From a virus, in IMG/VR virus record IMGVR_UViG_3300014208_000032, positions 73,116-137,115 of that record: a stretch of DNA of 64,000 nt; one strand, given 5' to 3'. The position numbers were made by a program, and so were the translations under genes. The notes beneath the pieces are model-generated. The model was not told where the DNA came from, made no database searches, and was given only the letters and a program-made list of their open reading frames with translations. Position 1 is the first letter of the stretch. Each line of letters starts with the position of its first letter. This document shows positions 40,027 through 48,443 of this stretch, one piece after another.

Positions 40027-40976
40027 TTTATCATTTTTTTAAAAGGAGTTTCTTTAAAGACATTAGTTTTAACTTTTATTTTTCCCTCTTTCTTTTCTTT
40101 CTCTGCTTCATTATAGGCAGATAGAACATTGTTAATAAATTTTTGCCAACCCTTTCTTTCTGTTTTTTTTATTAATTTTACTATTTCTTTATAAGCTTTT
40201 TCTTCTGTTGGTGTTTTCGATTCAACAGTTCTTTGTTCGTTTTTTTCTTTAGCTTTTTGTTGTCCGCTAAATTTAACATATTGAGAAATAATCGCCTCTT
40301 CGGTTGGTGTTTTTTCTTTTTTATCTAAGATACTGTTTATATCATTTATTGTATTTTTTAAAATAGAAAAAGGCACTCCTCTTTGGCTCCAAGTTCTCCC
40401 AACTTCAATTGCAAACGCCCCTCTTTCTTGTGGATTTGCATAATAAAAATAATCCTTAAGTAGTTGAAGAGCTTTTTCTTCCCTTCCTAAATCTGGTCTT
40501 AACTTATTTCCTAAAACTTTGTCGCTTGCTACTTTGCTTCTGTTGTATGATAATGAATCTTTTTGATTTGATAATTTACTTTGTTTTCTGTGGGTTGTTT
40601 CGTGGTTAAAAATTAACCTAGATTTATCTAAAAAATCATTTAAAGATATTTTTTTATTTGACAAAAGAGCTACCTTAAGCAAAGAATTTAAGTTTTTAAA
40701 AATAATAACAATTTTATCTACATCTTCTTTATAAAATCCGTCAATATTTCTAATTCCATAAAAACTGTAAAATTGATCCTCGTCCATAAAAATAACATGG
40801 CATTTTTTATTTACCTCTGTTATTAACATATTTATAGAACCTTGAATATTTTGCCCAACTTCGTAAGGCCTTTTAGTAGAATTATAATATTTATAAAATA
40901 TCTCTTTTATTGGTTCAAAAGAGTCCACCGTTTTTATTGATTCAATTATTAATTTTAGTGTATTATCTATGCTCAT
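40023..40976 (-). CDS. Hypothetical late protein with HExxH motif
   Basis: FNHETTHRKQ and downstream NPQERGAFA; late motif 7 nt upstream of the ATG. Confidence 0.5.
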   Translation of the reverse strand: MSIDNTLKLIIESIKTVDSFEPIKEIFYKYYNSTKRPYEVGQNIQGSINMLITEVNKKCHVIFMDEDQFYSFYGIRNIDGFYKEDVDKIVIIFKNLNSLLKVALLSNKKISLNDFLDKSRLIFNHETTHRKQSKLSNQKDSLSYNRSKVASDKVLGNKLRPDLGREEKALQLLKDYFYYANPQERGAFAIEVGRTWSQRGVPFSILKNTINDINSILDKKEKTPTEEAIISQYVKFSGQQKAKEKNEQRTVESKTPTEEKAYKEIVKLIKKTERKGWQKFINNVLSAYNEAEKEKKEGKIKVKTNVFKETPFKKMIK

Positions 40977-42378
40977 GTCATATTTAACTTACCCTATGAA
41001 ATTACTATTAGACAACCAAAGAATTTGTTTTATCCTCACAAAAGAAGAAAAAGAAGAAATACTTCCTATCATAATTAGAAAATTTTCGGAAAAAGATATG
41101 TCAAATGCTTTTGCTGGTGGAACCTTTCACAACGATAGAATAAAAGTTGTTAAATTTGTTTACAAAACAAAAGATGTATATTGGTTGAATAACGGGTTCA
41201 CAAAAGAATTTTTAGTTTTTATTAAAAAAAATGGGTGGAAAGTTGATGAAATACTTGACAAAAGAGAAAGGTTTGATTTTCAAAAGAAAGAATGGACTGA
41301 TGAAGAAATCAAATCTTATCTACCAAATTTTGATTATGTAGAACATCAAATTAGATTAGTAAGAGCAGCATTAAAATCTTCTGTTGGTATATTACGGGCA
41401 ACGACTGGTGCGGGGAAAACAATTTCTTTTTTGGCACTTATAAAAATAATAAAATTAAAAACTTTAGTTCTTGTTAATAAAATTGGGCTAGCATCTCAAA
41501 CACAAAAAGTATTAATAAATGGCGGATTAGATTTTGGGATATCAACGGGTGGTGGGTATAAAGATGGCAAAGATGGCGTGGTTGCAACGATTGGGTCTGT
41601 TGGTAAAGTTCTGGATCTTCATAATTATAAGTGTCTTATAATAGACGAATGTCACGTCTCTTCTGCTAATGGGTTTCAAGATTTTCTTGAAAAATTCTCC
41701 CCTGCCATAAAATGGGGTTTTTCTGCTACACCCGAAGGAAACTCTGATTTTAAGTGGATTAAAATTAGACAATATCTTGGTGGTATTTTAGAAGAAGTTA
41801 AATCAAAAGAATTAATGGACAACAAAGTAATCACAAGACCAGTAATCAACATGATTAAAAACCACGTGGAGAGAACACCAGATTGGGAATCTGCCTATAA
41901 ATTATCTATTGTTCAAAATTATGAGAGAAATAAATGGATACAAGAATTAGTTGAAAAACATAACGAACCAACACTTATATTAATAAGGCAAATTGAACAT
42001 GGGGAATTATTGCAAAAACTTTTACCTGATGCAGTTTTTGTGTCGGGCATTCATTCTATTACAGAAAGGGAGCAAGTGATTAAAGATTTTGAAGAAAGAA
42101 AAATAAAAACAGTTATCTCGTCTAATGTTTTCAACGAGGGTATTTCTATAAATATTATCAGAGTTCTTATTATAGCGTCCGCCTATAAATCTTTTACAGA
42201 AACAACTCAAAAAATTGGAAGAATTTTAAGGTTAGATGAAGGAAAAGAAGAGGCAATTGTTTATGATTTTCTTGACATAGGAAATAAATACACACAAAAA
42301 CACTCTAAAGAAAGAGTTAAACATTATATGAATGCCGGATTTGATGTTTTTGTAGACGGAAAGATTTTAAAAGAGTGA
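40969..42378 (+). CDS. uvsW: SF2 DNA helicase, UvsW-like
   Basis: ATTGAGKT, IIDECH, GFSATP, VFNEGISI, QKIGRILR; the true start may be ATG 40996. Confidence 0.88.
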   Translation: MLMSYLTYPMKLLLDNQRICFILTKEEKEEILPIIIRKFSEKDMSNAFAGGTFHNDRIKVVKFVYKTKDVYWLNNGFTKEFLVFIKKNGWKVDEILDKRERFDFQKKEWTDEEIKSYLPNFDYVEHQIRLVRAALKSSVGILRATTGAGKTISFLALIKIIKLKTLVLVNKIGLASQTQKVLINGGLDFGISTGGGYKDGKDGVVATIGSVGKVLDLHNYKCLIIDECHVSSANGFQDFLEKFSPAIKWGFSATPEGNSDFKWIKIRQYLGGILEEVKSKELMDNKVITRPVINMIKNHVERTPDWESAYKLSIVQNYERNKWIQELVEKHNEPTLILIRQIEHGELLQKLLPDAVFVSGIHSITEREQVIKDFEERKIKTVISSNVFNEGISINIIRVLIIASAYKSFTETTQKIGRILRLDEGKEEAIVYDFLDIGNKYTQKHSKERVKHYMNAGFDVFVDGKILKE

Positions 42379-42428
42379 TAGTGTTTAATATAGGAAAGTT
42401 AATTAACAAAGAATGAACAGGATTAACT

Positions 42429-44384
42429 ATGCCAAAAAAGACATTTGAAGAAATAATTGCAGAAGAACTTAATGTTAGTGAAGATTTTATTGAACTAACA
42501 GAAGAGATGTTAAATGAAGTTTATATTCCCATTACCCCTCTTCTTGCTTTTCTTTCTTTTAAAAGAAAATCGTTTGATTATTTAAAAAATAATAAATTAT
42601 TCGTTGCACTAAAAAACCTAAAGAAAAAAACAATCAAGACAGCAGGTCAAATAAAAGGCGAAGCAAATACTGGTGTAGAAAAAATAAGATCTGAATTTGG
42701 GATAACTTCTGGAGAGGGCGGAGATGCTACTGTTTATTCTTATAGTAAAGAACAACTTGATTTTTTAACAGATTTAAGAAACAAATACGGGAAAGAAATC
42801 ATTAAGGAAATTAAAGAATTTAGAAGAGAGGTTCTTGCCCCCTATCAACTTTTGAAAAGAATAATTAAAAAGAATTATAGAATAACCCCAAAAGAAGTTC
42901 TCGGGATGACAAGACAAGAATTTGAAGCAGCTCTTGAATCTGGAAGAAAGAAAATTGAAAGACGTGGCCCTTGGTTTAATGAAAAATTTGATGAGCATAA
43001 AGGATCTGTTTCTTCGCACTCTGAAAAAATAAAGGAAAAAGAAAATCTTCTTACAAGAGTTGAAAATGGAGAAAGGCCTAATGAAGATTTATTAAGACCA
43101 GTTATTGAAAAAATATCTGGTTCAACAAAAAAAGAAGTTCTTGGTAAATATGAATTCTCTTTTTCTGATCTTGAAATGTTAATGGATTTGTATAATAAAA
43201 CAAAAAAACAAATTCAAGGGTTTTCTGAAAAAAAAGTAAGAACTTTTGATGACAACAAAAGGCTTCTTGGATACTATAAAACATTAAGAGACATTGAAGA
43301 TGGAAAAATAGAATTCAAAAATGGCGATAGAATTGATCACTCTGAATCATTACTAGACCTAAAAGAGACCTTTAAAAAATATAGAAATAGAAAATCAACA
43401 ATAGCAGATAAATCAAAAGTTTCTGATTCACAAGTTATTGAGGAATTTAAAAAACAACTTAAAGATGAAATCAAAGACCTTAAAGGAAGAAAAAGTGAAC
43501 ACCAAAATACAATGGCAAAACTTCGAGTTTCCTTAGAGTTCAATGATAACGAAGCAAAGATTTGGAAATTAAAAGATCCAACAAGAAGTGAATATTCTGG
43601 TAAATTATCTGATTTTATTCAGGCAATTTCTATTGAAGATTTTGACAGAGTATCTGTTCAATATTTAAAAAAAGACGACGAAATAATCACAGCAGAAAAA
43701 AGGGTAGAAGCAGAAATAAAAGCATTTGAAAGAAAACTTCAAAAAATAGTTGATGAAGAAGATTTTAAAAGATTAAAATCACTTCGTTTAATTAGTAACA
43801 TAATTACAATGAAAGAAATTCGAGACCCTTCTAAAATTATGAAAACAAACTCTGAGTTGGACACAGAAGTTTCACAAAACACAGAGCAAGAGGAAAACAT
43901 TCCAACAATAGAAAAAGCACTAAATAGATTTAGGGAAATTGCTTCTAGTGACTACCCTTCATTGGAAGAATTAAATAATGATAAAAAAGAAGCAGAAGAT
44001 ACCTTTAAAAAATTTGAAAACATTGATGACAAAGATGCGGTTAACACGTTAAGGCCATCACTGAATTTTATTAGAAACAGAACAGAACTTAAAAAACAAA
44101 ATATATCTAGCATTGGTGGTGGAATTGAAACCGACATTTCTGATTTAATTGACATTAATCAAATTGAAAACATGGCAAGAAAAATCATTGCCAAAGATTA
44201 CAAGAATGATGCAGAAGATTTGAAACAAGATATAAGAAGATTAAACAACTTTATTGATAAATTTAAAGAACAAGATGCCAATGCTGAGAAAAAACTAGAA
44301 GAAATTACCTTCCTATTAGACAGAGCAAAAAGAAAAACAAGTATAGAAGTTAATCTTGGAAGAGAAGAGGGAGTAAACGACTGA
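42429..44384 (+). CDS. Hypothetical coiled-coil protein (651 aa), putative internal head protein
   Basis: Late motif upstream; acidic N-term FEEIIAEEL...LTEEMLNE; K/E-rich helical body. Confidence 0.5.
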   Translation: MPKKTFEEIIAEELNVSEDFIELTEEMLNEVYIPITPLLAFLSFKRKSFDYLKNNKLFVALKNLKKKTIKTAGQIKGEANTGVEKIRSEFGITSGEGGDATVYSYSKEQLDFLTDLRNKYGKEIIKEIKEFRREVLAPYQLLKRIIKKNYRITPKEVLGMTRQEFEAALESGRKKIERRGPWFNEKFDEHKGSVSSHSEKIKEKENLLTRVENGERPNEDLLRPVIEKISGSTKKEVLGKYEFSFSDLEMLMDLYNKTKKQIQGFSEKKVRTFDDNKRLLGYYKTLRDIEDGKIEFKNGDRIDHSESLLDLKETFKKYRNRKSTIADKSKVSDSQVIEEFKKQLKDEIKDLKGRKSEHQNTMAKLRVSLEFNDNEAKIWKLKDPTRSEYSGKLSDFIQAISIEDFDRVSVQYLKKDDEIITAEKRVEAEIKAFERKLQKIVDEEDFKRLKSLRLISNIITMKEIRDPSKIMKTNSELDTEVSQNTEQEENIPTIEKALNRFREIASSDYPSLEELNNDKKEAEDTFKKFENIDDKDAVNTLRPSLNFIRNRTELKKQNISSIGGGIETDISDLIDINQIENMARKIIAKDYKNDAEDLKQDIRRLNNFIDKFKEQDANAEKKLEEITFLLDRAKRKTSIEVNLGREEGVND

Positions 44385-45124
44385 TGGCATTTATAAATGG
44401 TCTTTGGAGAACTGAAACTCCTATTTTAAAAGAAATTGAGATTTTAAAACTGAATAAAAATCAGATTGAAATAAAAATGTATAATAGTTTACCATTTAAT
44501 TCTGATTATAAATTCAACTTTATGATCACTCCAAAAATTGGTGACATGATTGGGAAAAAAATAGATTTACCTTCTTTAAAAAATGCAATTCTCGATAAGA
44601 TTGGGGAAGATGCCAGATATTTTTCTGTATATAATTTAGAGCCGGGAAAATGTGAACTTCTTTTTGATTATAAAACTTGGATAATTGATGCCTTTAAAAC
44701 TATTGTGGCAAAAAACGATTTTTCTACTTTTTCAAGAAGTTATCGTTTTACAAAACAACTACCACTGGTAATTAGAACAGATCTAAATAGACATTATTTT
44801 GCTCCATTTTTTGCCAGAAAATTTAAAGAATATTTAAGAAAAGAAAAAGCAATGAAGAATTTTTTAGAAACGCTAATTCCAGATTTTGTTATGGATAAAA
44901 TGAAAAATGCTGCCGAACATGTTTTGGATTATACGTTTGATTTTCAATCTAACTCGTTTAGAGTTGGGATTAAGCCAGAATTTATTGCGCCTTTTGTTTA
45001 TACAGCCAACCAAATGATTACCCACACGAAAGGATTTAAAATGGATCTTAATTTTGAAAAAGAAGTTCAAAAAAATATTGATATGTATACTAAAAATAAA
45101 AAAACATTTAAAACATTATTCTAA
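44384..45124 (+). CDS. Hypothetical protein
   Basis: Coupled ORF, 246 aa. Confidence 0.6.
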   Translation: MAFINGLWRTETPILKEIEILKLNKNQIEIKMYNSLPFNSDYKFNFMITPKIGDMIGKKIDLPSLKNAILDKIGEDARYFSVYNLEPGKCELLFDYKTWIIDAFKTIVAKNDFSTFSRSYRFTKQLPLVIRTDLNRHYFAPFFARKFKEYLRKEKAMKNFLETLIPDFVMDKMKNAAEHVLDYTFDFQSNSFRVGIKPEFIAPFVYTANQMITHTKGFKMDLNFEKEVQKNIDMYTKNKKTFKTLF

Positions 45125-45152
45125 TTTTTTATTAAGTTGTAAATATAAATAA

Positions 45153-45240
45153 GAGAATAAATTGATCCGTTGGATATTTTATTCTCAACCTGACTCGTTG
45201 AGCGGGTAAACAAAATAATTGCTCCACAGGGAGGATTCGT
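45153..45240 (+). promoter_or_regulatory. Structured 5' UTR of hsp20 (three hairpins, the last sequestering the SD); RNA-thermometer-like
   Basis: gagaataaa/tttattctc stem; acctg-ctc/gag-cgggt stem; ctcc-acag-ggag stem pairing the GGAGG SD. Confidence 0.5.
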
Positions 45241-45241
45241 C

Positions 45242-45673
45242 ATGTCACGTTATCCACTATCTATTGTCGATGTTTTCGACAGTCTTTTTAACAAATCATT
45301 TAATGATTTTTTCAATTCAGGTTATGAAGAAGTTTATTCTTCATCTTTCCCCCCACTTGATATTTATATAGATAAAGAAAAAAAAGATCTTCAATTGGAT
45401 TTTGCTCTTGCTGGCTATTCAAAAGAAGAAATTGATCTTAAATTTGGTGGGGATTGGCTTTATTTGGATTTAAAACCAATAAACAAAGAAGAAGAAACTA
45501 ATCTAGTAAGATGGAAAAAAGGAATTAAAAAAAGCAAAGTATCTATCAAATATGGTATCCCATCCGCCAGGTATGATCAAGATAATTCTAAAATTACATT
45601 TAAAGATGGAATATTGAGAATTGTTATTCCCGCTCTTCCAGAAAAAGAGAAGAAAAAATTAACCATTGAATAA
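45242..45673 (+). CDS. Small heat-shock protein Hsp20 (alpha-crystallin domain)
   Basis: FPPLDIY...L.LDFALAGYSKEEI.L...KITFKDGILRIVIP. Confidence 0.92.
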   Translation: MSRYPLSIVDVFDSLFNKSFNDFFNSGYEEVYSSSFPPLDIYIDKEKKDLQLDFALAGYSKEEIDLKFGGDWLYLDLKPINKEEETNLVRWKKGIKKSKVSIKYGIPSARYDQDNSKITFKDGILRIVIPALPEKEKKKLTIE

Positions 45674-45674
45674 A

Positions 45675-45710
45675 TAAAAAACCCACTCTAAAAAAGTGGG
45701 TTTTTTATTT
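45675..45710. terminator. Bidirectional terminator between hsp20 and the tail tube gene
   Basis: aaaaaacccact...agtgggtttttt. Confidence 0.8.
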
Positions 45711-45721
45711 TAAAAAATTAA

Positions 45722-46300
45722 CTAAATACCTGTAAGATTAGCACCAAGGGCTGTAAGAGTAGAGGGAAGTGCAGAATCTGGGGTTTTAATAGCATAATCG
45801 AATCTAAAAGAAGCAGTGACTTCACAAACAGCATCGTCAGCAGCAGTTAAAGATTCTCCAAAAGTTACGTTCTTTGGCCACATATAAAAAATGTTCCAAA
45901 GACGAGCAACAGAACCTTTTGGATCAAGTTGTGCCACGACAGCATTTCTTGTGTATTCTGCTTTATAAGAAGATGTTCCTGTTGTTAAATCATAAATAGA
46001 TGCACCCCAATTGTACATAATTTGTCCGGCAGAATCGGCACCAACAATGTAATCATAAAAAGATGCGTTTAATTCTGTAAACTGAACCTTACCAGCAGCA
46101 AAAAATGTATCATTTAATCTGTTCATGGCAATTTCACCATAAGCAAGGGTAGGAACAGTTACTGTGTGACAAACGAAAGCTAATTTACTCCATGCGTCAT
46201 TATTTGCTCCGTCGCCACCATTCTCGATTTGAAAAATAAAACGGTTCTTCTTGTAGGGTTCCAAAATCGAAGAACGGCTATCTGTAAGTTTTAAAGCCAT
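45722..46300 (-). CDS. Tail tube protein, T4 gp19-like
   Basis: VTVPTL..GEI......AGKVQF..L..SFYD.....I.YNW...IYD..TG....K.EY......LDP.G...R.W....WPK.V; start at ATG 46300 with SD AAGGAG (track start 46405 rejected). Confidence 0.85.
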   Translation of the reverse strand: MALKLTDSRSSILEPYKKNRFIFQIENGGDGANNDAWSKLAFVCHTVTVPTLAYGEIAMNRLNDTFFAAGKVQFTELNASFYDYIVGADSAGQIMYNWGASIYDLTTGTSSYKAEYTRNAVVAQLDPKGSVARLWNIFYMWPKNVTFGESLTAADDAVCEVTASFRFDYAIKTPDSALPSTLTALGANLTGI

Positions 46301-46391
46301 AATATAAACTCCTTTATATAAATAACTTAAAATGTGGTTCAAAAATGAATATATGACATAACGAAACTCGTCCATTTGTAAAGATAATTTT

Positions 46392-46934
46392 ATGAAAACC
46401 TGCACTGTTTGTAAAAAATTGAAAAATATTGATGATTTTCACAAAGACAAATCAAGAAAAGATGGAAGAAAATATGTTTGCAAGTTTTGTTTAAACGTTA
46501 AGAGGGTTAATTCTACGCACCTTTCTTTTGACAGAAGTTTGGCTACCTCTATCTATCAATCAATGAAAATAAACAAGACAGGATACGCCTGGGAGAAGAT
46601 TGTTGGTTTTACTATTACAGATTTAAAAGAAAAACTGGAAGAAACTTTTGATGACGAAATGAACTGGGAAAATTATGGAGAAGTTTGGGTTATGGATAAA
46701 ATAATTCCACCATCTTATTATAAGTATTCTGATATAAAAAACAATGAATTAAAAAAGTGCTGGAGTTTAAAAAATTTTAGAGCTGTAAAAAAAACAGAAA
46801 AAAACAGAAAAAACTCTACTGAATTAAGACGACTGATTATATTTTATCAACTTTTTGATATTCTTCCTGTAGGATTAATAAGAATGAATATATTTAAACT
46901 AGATGAACTAAATCAGCAGAGAATTTTTGTTTAA
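46392..46934 (+). CDS. Degenerate HNH-family protein (catalytic His apparently lost), zinc-finger N-terminus
   Basis: CTVC...CKFC; NWENYGEVWVMDKIIPP corresponds to the WHIDHIIP motif with H replaced by K; same family as 63..536. Confidence 0.6.
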   Translation: MKTCTVCKKLKNIDDFHKDKSRKDGRKYVCKFCLNVKRVNSTHLSFDRSLATSIYQSMKINKTGYAWEKIVGFTITDLKEKLEETFDDEMNWENYGEVWVMDKIIPPSYYKYSDIKNNELKKCWSLKNFRAVKKTEKNRKNSTELRRLIIFYQLFDILPVGLIRMNIFKLDELNQQRIFV

Positions 46935-47023
46935 CCGGGCGGACAGTTTTGTCTTTTTATTGGACAGGAATGTCCGGTCTATATAAAACAACTTAAATAA
47001 AAATCTACTACTAGAATTTTTTA
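46933..47023. repeat. 91-bp dispersed structured repeat, copy 2
   Basis: Same orientation as 30094..30184; single g/a difference in a hairpin loop. Confidence 0.9.
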
Positions 47024-47356
47024 TTTTTTAGTTATTTTAGCAATCAATTCGGTTCCACCAGCTAATCCAAGAAACCCAAAAAATAAAGTTTGAATCATAA
47101 AAGCATTGTTTGGGGCCACATCAAGTGCGCCAGATCCTATTCCAAACATTAGTAAAATATAAGCAACAGAAATAGGAACAGCAAAAAGTAAAGCAATTAG
47201 TGCTGCCATACCCCAAGACAACATTTTCATTAATCTGCCAGAACTTTTTACACCACTATCTTCTTCGAGATAACCAATTTCAGTTATTTGTGGCATAGAT
47301 ATCTCAGTAGAATCTGGAACTACAGGTTCTTCTATTTTGTTTTCTTCTTCGTTCAT
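47021..47356 (-). CDS. Small two-TM membrane protein, possible holin
   Basis: KSSGRL followed by two hydrophobic helices and a basic C-terminus; late motif and SD upstream. Confidence 0.45.
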   Translation of the reverse strand: MNEEENKIEEPVVPDSTEISMPQITEIGYLEEDSGVKSSGRLMKMLSWGMAALIALLFAVPISVAYILLMFGIGSGALDVAPNNAFMIQTLFFGFLGLAGGTELIAKITKK

Positions 47357-47389
47357 AAAAAACTCCTTTATATTAACTTTAAGAAAATA

Positions 47390-47418
47390 TTGACAAAAAA
47401 AATTATTTATTGTATTAT
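47390..47418 (+). promoter_or_regulatory. Sigma70-type promoter TTGACA-17-(TG)TATTAT
   Basis: Same A-tract/T-tract spacer family; upstream of sbcD/sbcC-like genes. Confidence 0.75.
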
Positions 47419-47438
47419 AAAATTAAAAAGGATTAAGA

Positions 47439-48443
47439 ATGGCAAAAGTATTAATTGCTAATGATATTCATATTATAGATGGAATTTATAACGAAATTAC
47501 ATTACAGTGGTTTGATAAAGTTTTTGAATATATTACTAAAAACGAAATTAAATATTTTATTATAGCAGGAGATCTTTTTGAAAAAGCTTCAAGAATTAAA
47601 AATGAAGTATTTCTTCCTCTGTTTTTTAGATTAATGAGGTTTCACTCTGCTGGAATTAAAATGTGGTTTGTTCTTGGAAATCACGACATTTATAATAATG
47701 ATAACGACAGTTTGGTTGAAGCATTTGCCCCCTTTGGGGAAGTTGTAAAAAACTATAAACAAATAGTTATAGATGGAGAAACAATTGATCTTCTTGCTTA
47801 TACAAAAGAAGAAGAAGATATTCCAGACACAAACAACATCCTCATTACTCACTTGGCGATTGCTGATTTTCAATTTGATAATAAATATAATGCCAATGAA
47901 AAAATGGCTTTTCCAAGAAATTTATTTAAAAAATTCAAATTGGTTATTACAGGACATTTCCATAAATATCAGCATAAAGGAAATATTGTTTATGGAGGAT
48001 CTCCATTTCAACTTGGATTTGAAGAAATGGGGTGTGAAAAAGGATTTTTGGTTCTTGACACAAAAACCATAACAGTTGAGTTTGTAAAAAATTTGTTTTC
48101 CCCCACCTATATGGAAATAGATTTAGATAAAATTACATCAATTGATGATTTTTCTGAATTAGATGTAAAAAACAAATTTGTTGGCGTAATTATGAGAGAG
48201 AAGGTTGATAATTTTATTAAATTAAAACACGTTCTTTATGAAAAAGGAGCGCTTGACATCACTCCGAAATATGAAAATGAAAAAAATGATATTTTAACCA
48301 GTGATGAAAAACCAGTTGAATTTAATAAAAATGTAGATGATATGTTTTTGGAGTTTATCAAAAACAACATTAAACTAGAAGGAATAGATAATAACAGATT
48401 GGTTGATATTTTTGAAGAAATTAAAGAGGAAATAGAAGCGTGA
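47439..48443 (+). CDS. Mre11/SbcD/gp47-like recombination nuclease
   Basis: NDIH, AGDLF, LGNHD, TH, GHFH metallophosphoesterase motifs. Confidence 0.92.
   Translation: MAKVLIANDIHIIDGIYNEITLQWFDKVFEYITKNEIKYFIIAGDLFEKASRIKNEVFLPLFFRLMRFHSAGIKMWFVLGNHDIYNNDNDSLVEAFAPFGEVVKNYKQIVIDGETIDLLAYTKEEEDIPDTNNILITHLAIADFQFDNKYNANEKMAFPRNLFKKFKLVITGHFHKYQHKGNIVYGGSPFQLGFEEMGCEKGFLVLDTKTITVEFVKNLFSPTYMEIDLDKITSIDDFSELDVKNKFVGVIMREKVDNFIKLKHVLYEKGALDITPKYENEKNDILTSDEKPVEFNKNVDDMFLEFIKNNIKLEGIDNNRLVDIFEEIKEEIEA

Noticed and set aside
45142-46325. T4-type late promoter TATAAATA (near 45144 and 46316)
   Set aside because: Only two occurrences noticed in very AT-rich DNA and not upstream of structural genes; likely chance, though GTAAATATAA before both ssb (36992) and hsp20 (45139) may be a minor promoter class.
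46301-46405. Extended start of the tail tube gene at 46405
   Set aside because: It overlaps the divergent gene; ATG 46300 has SD AAGGAG and a late motif.
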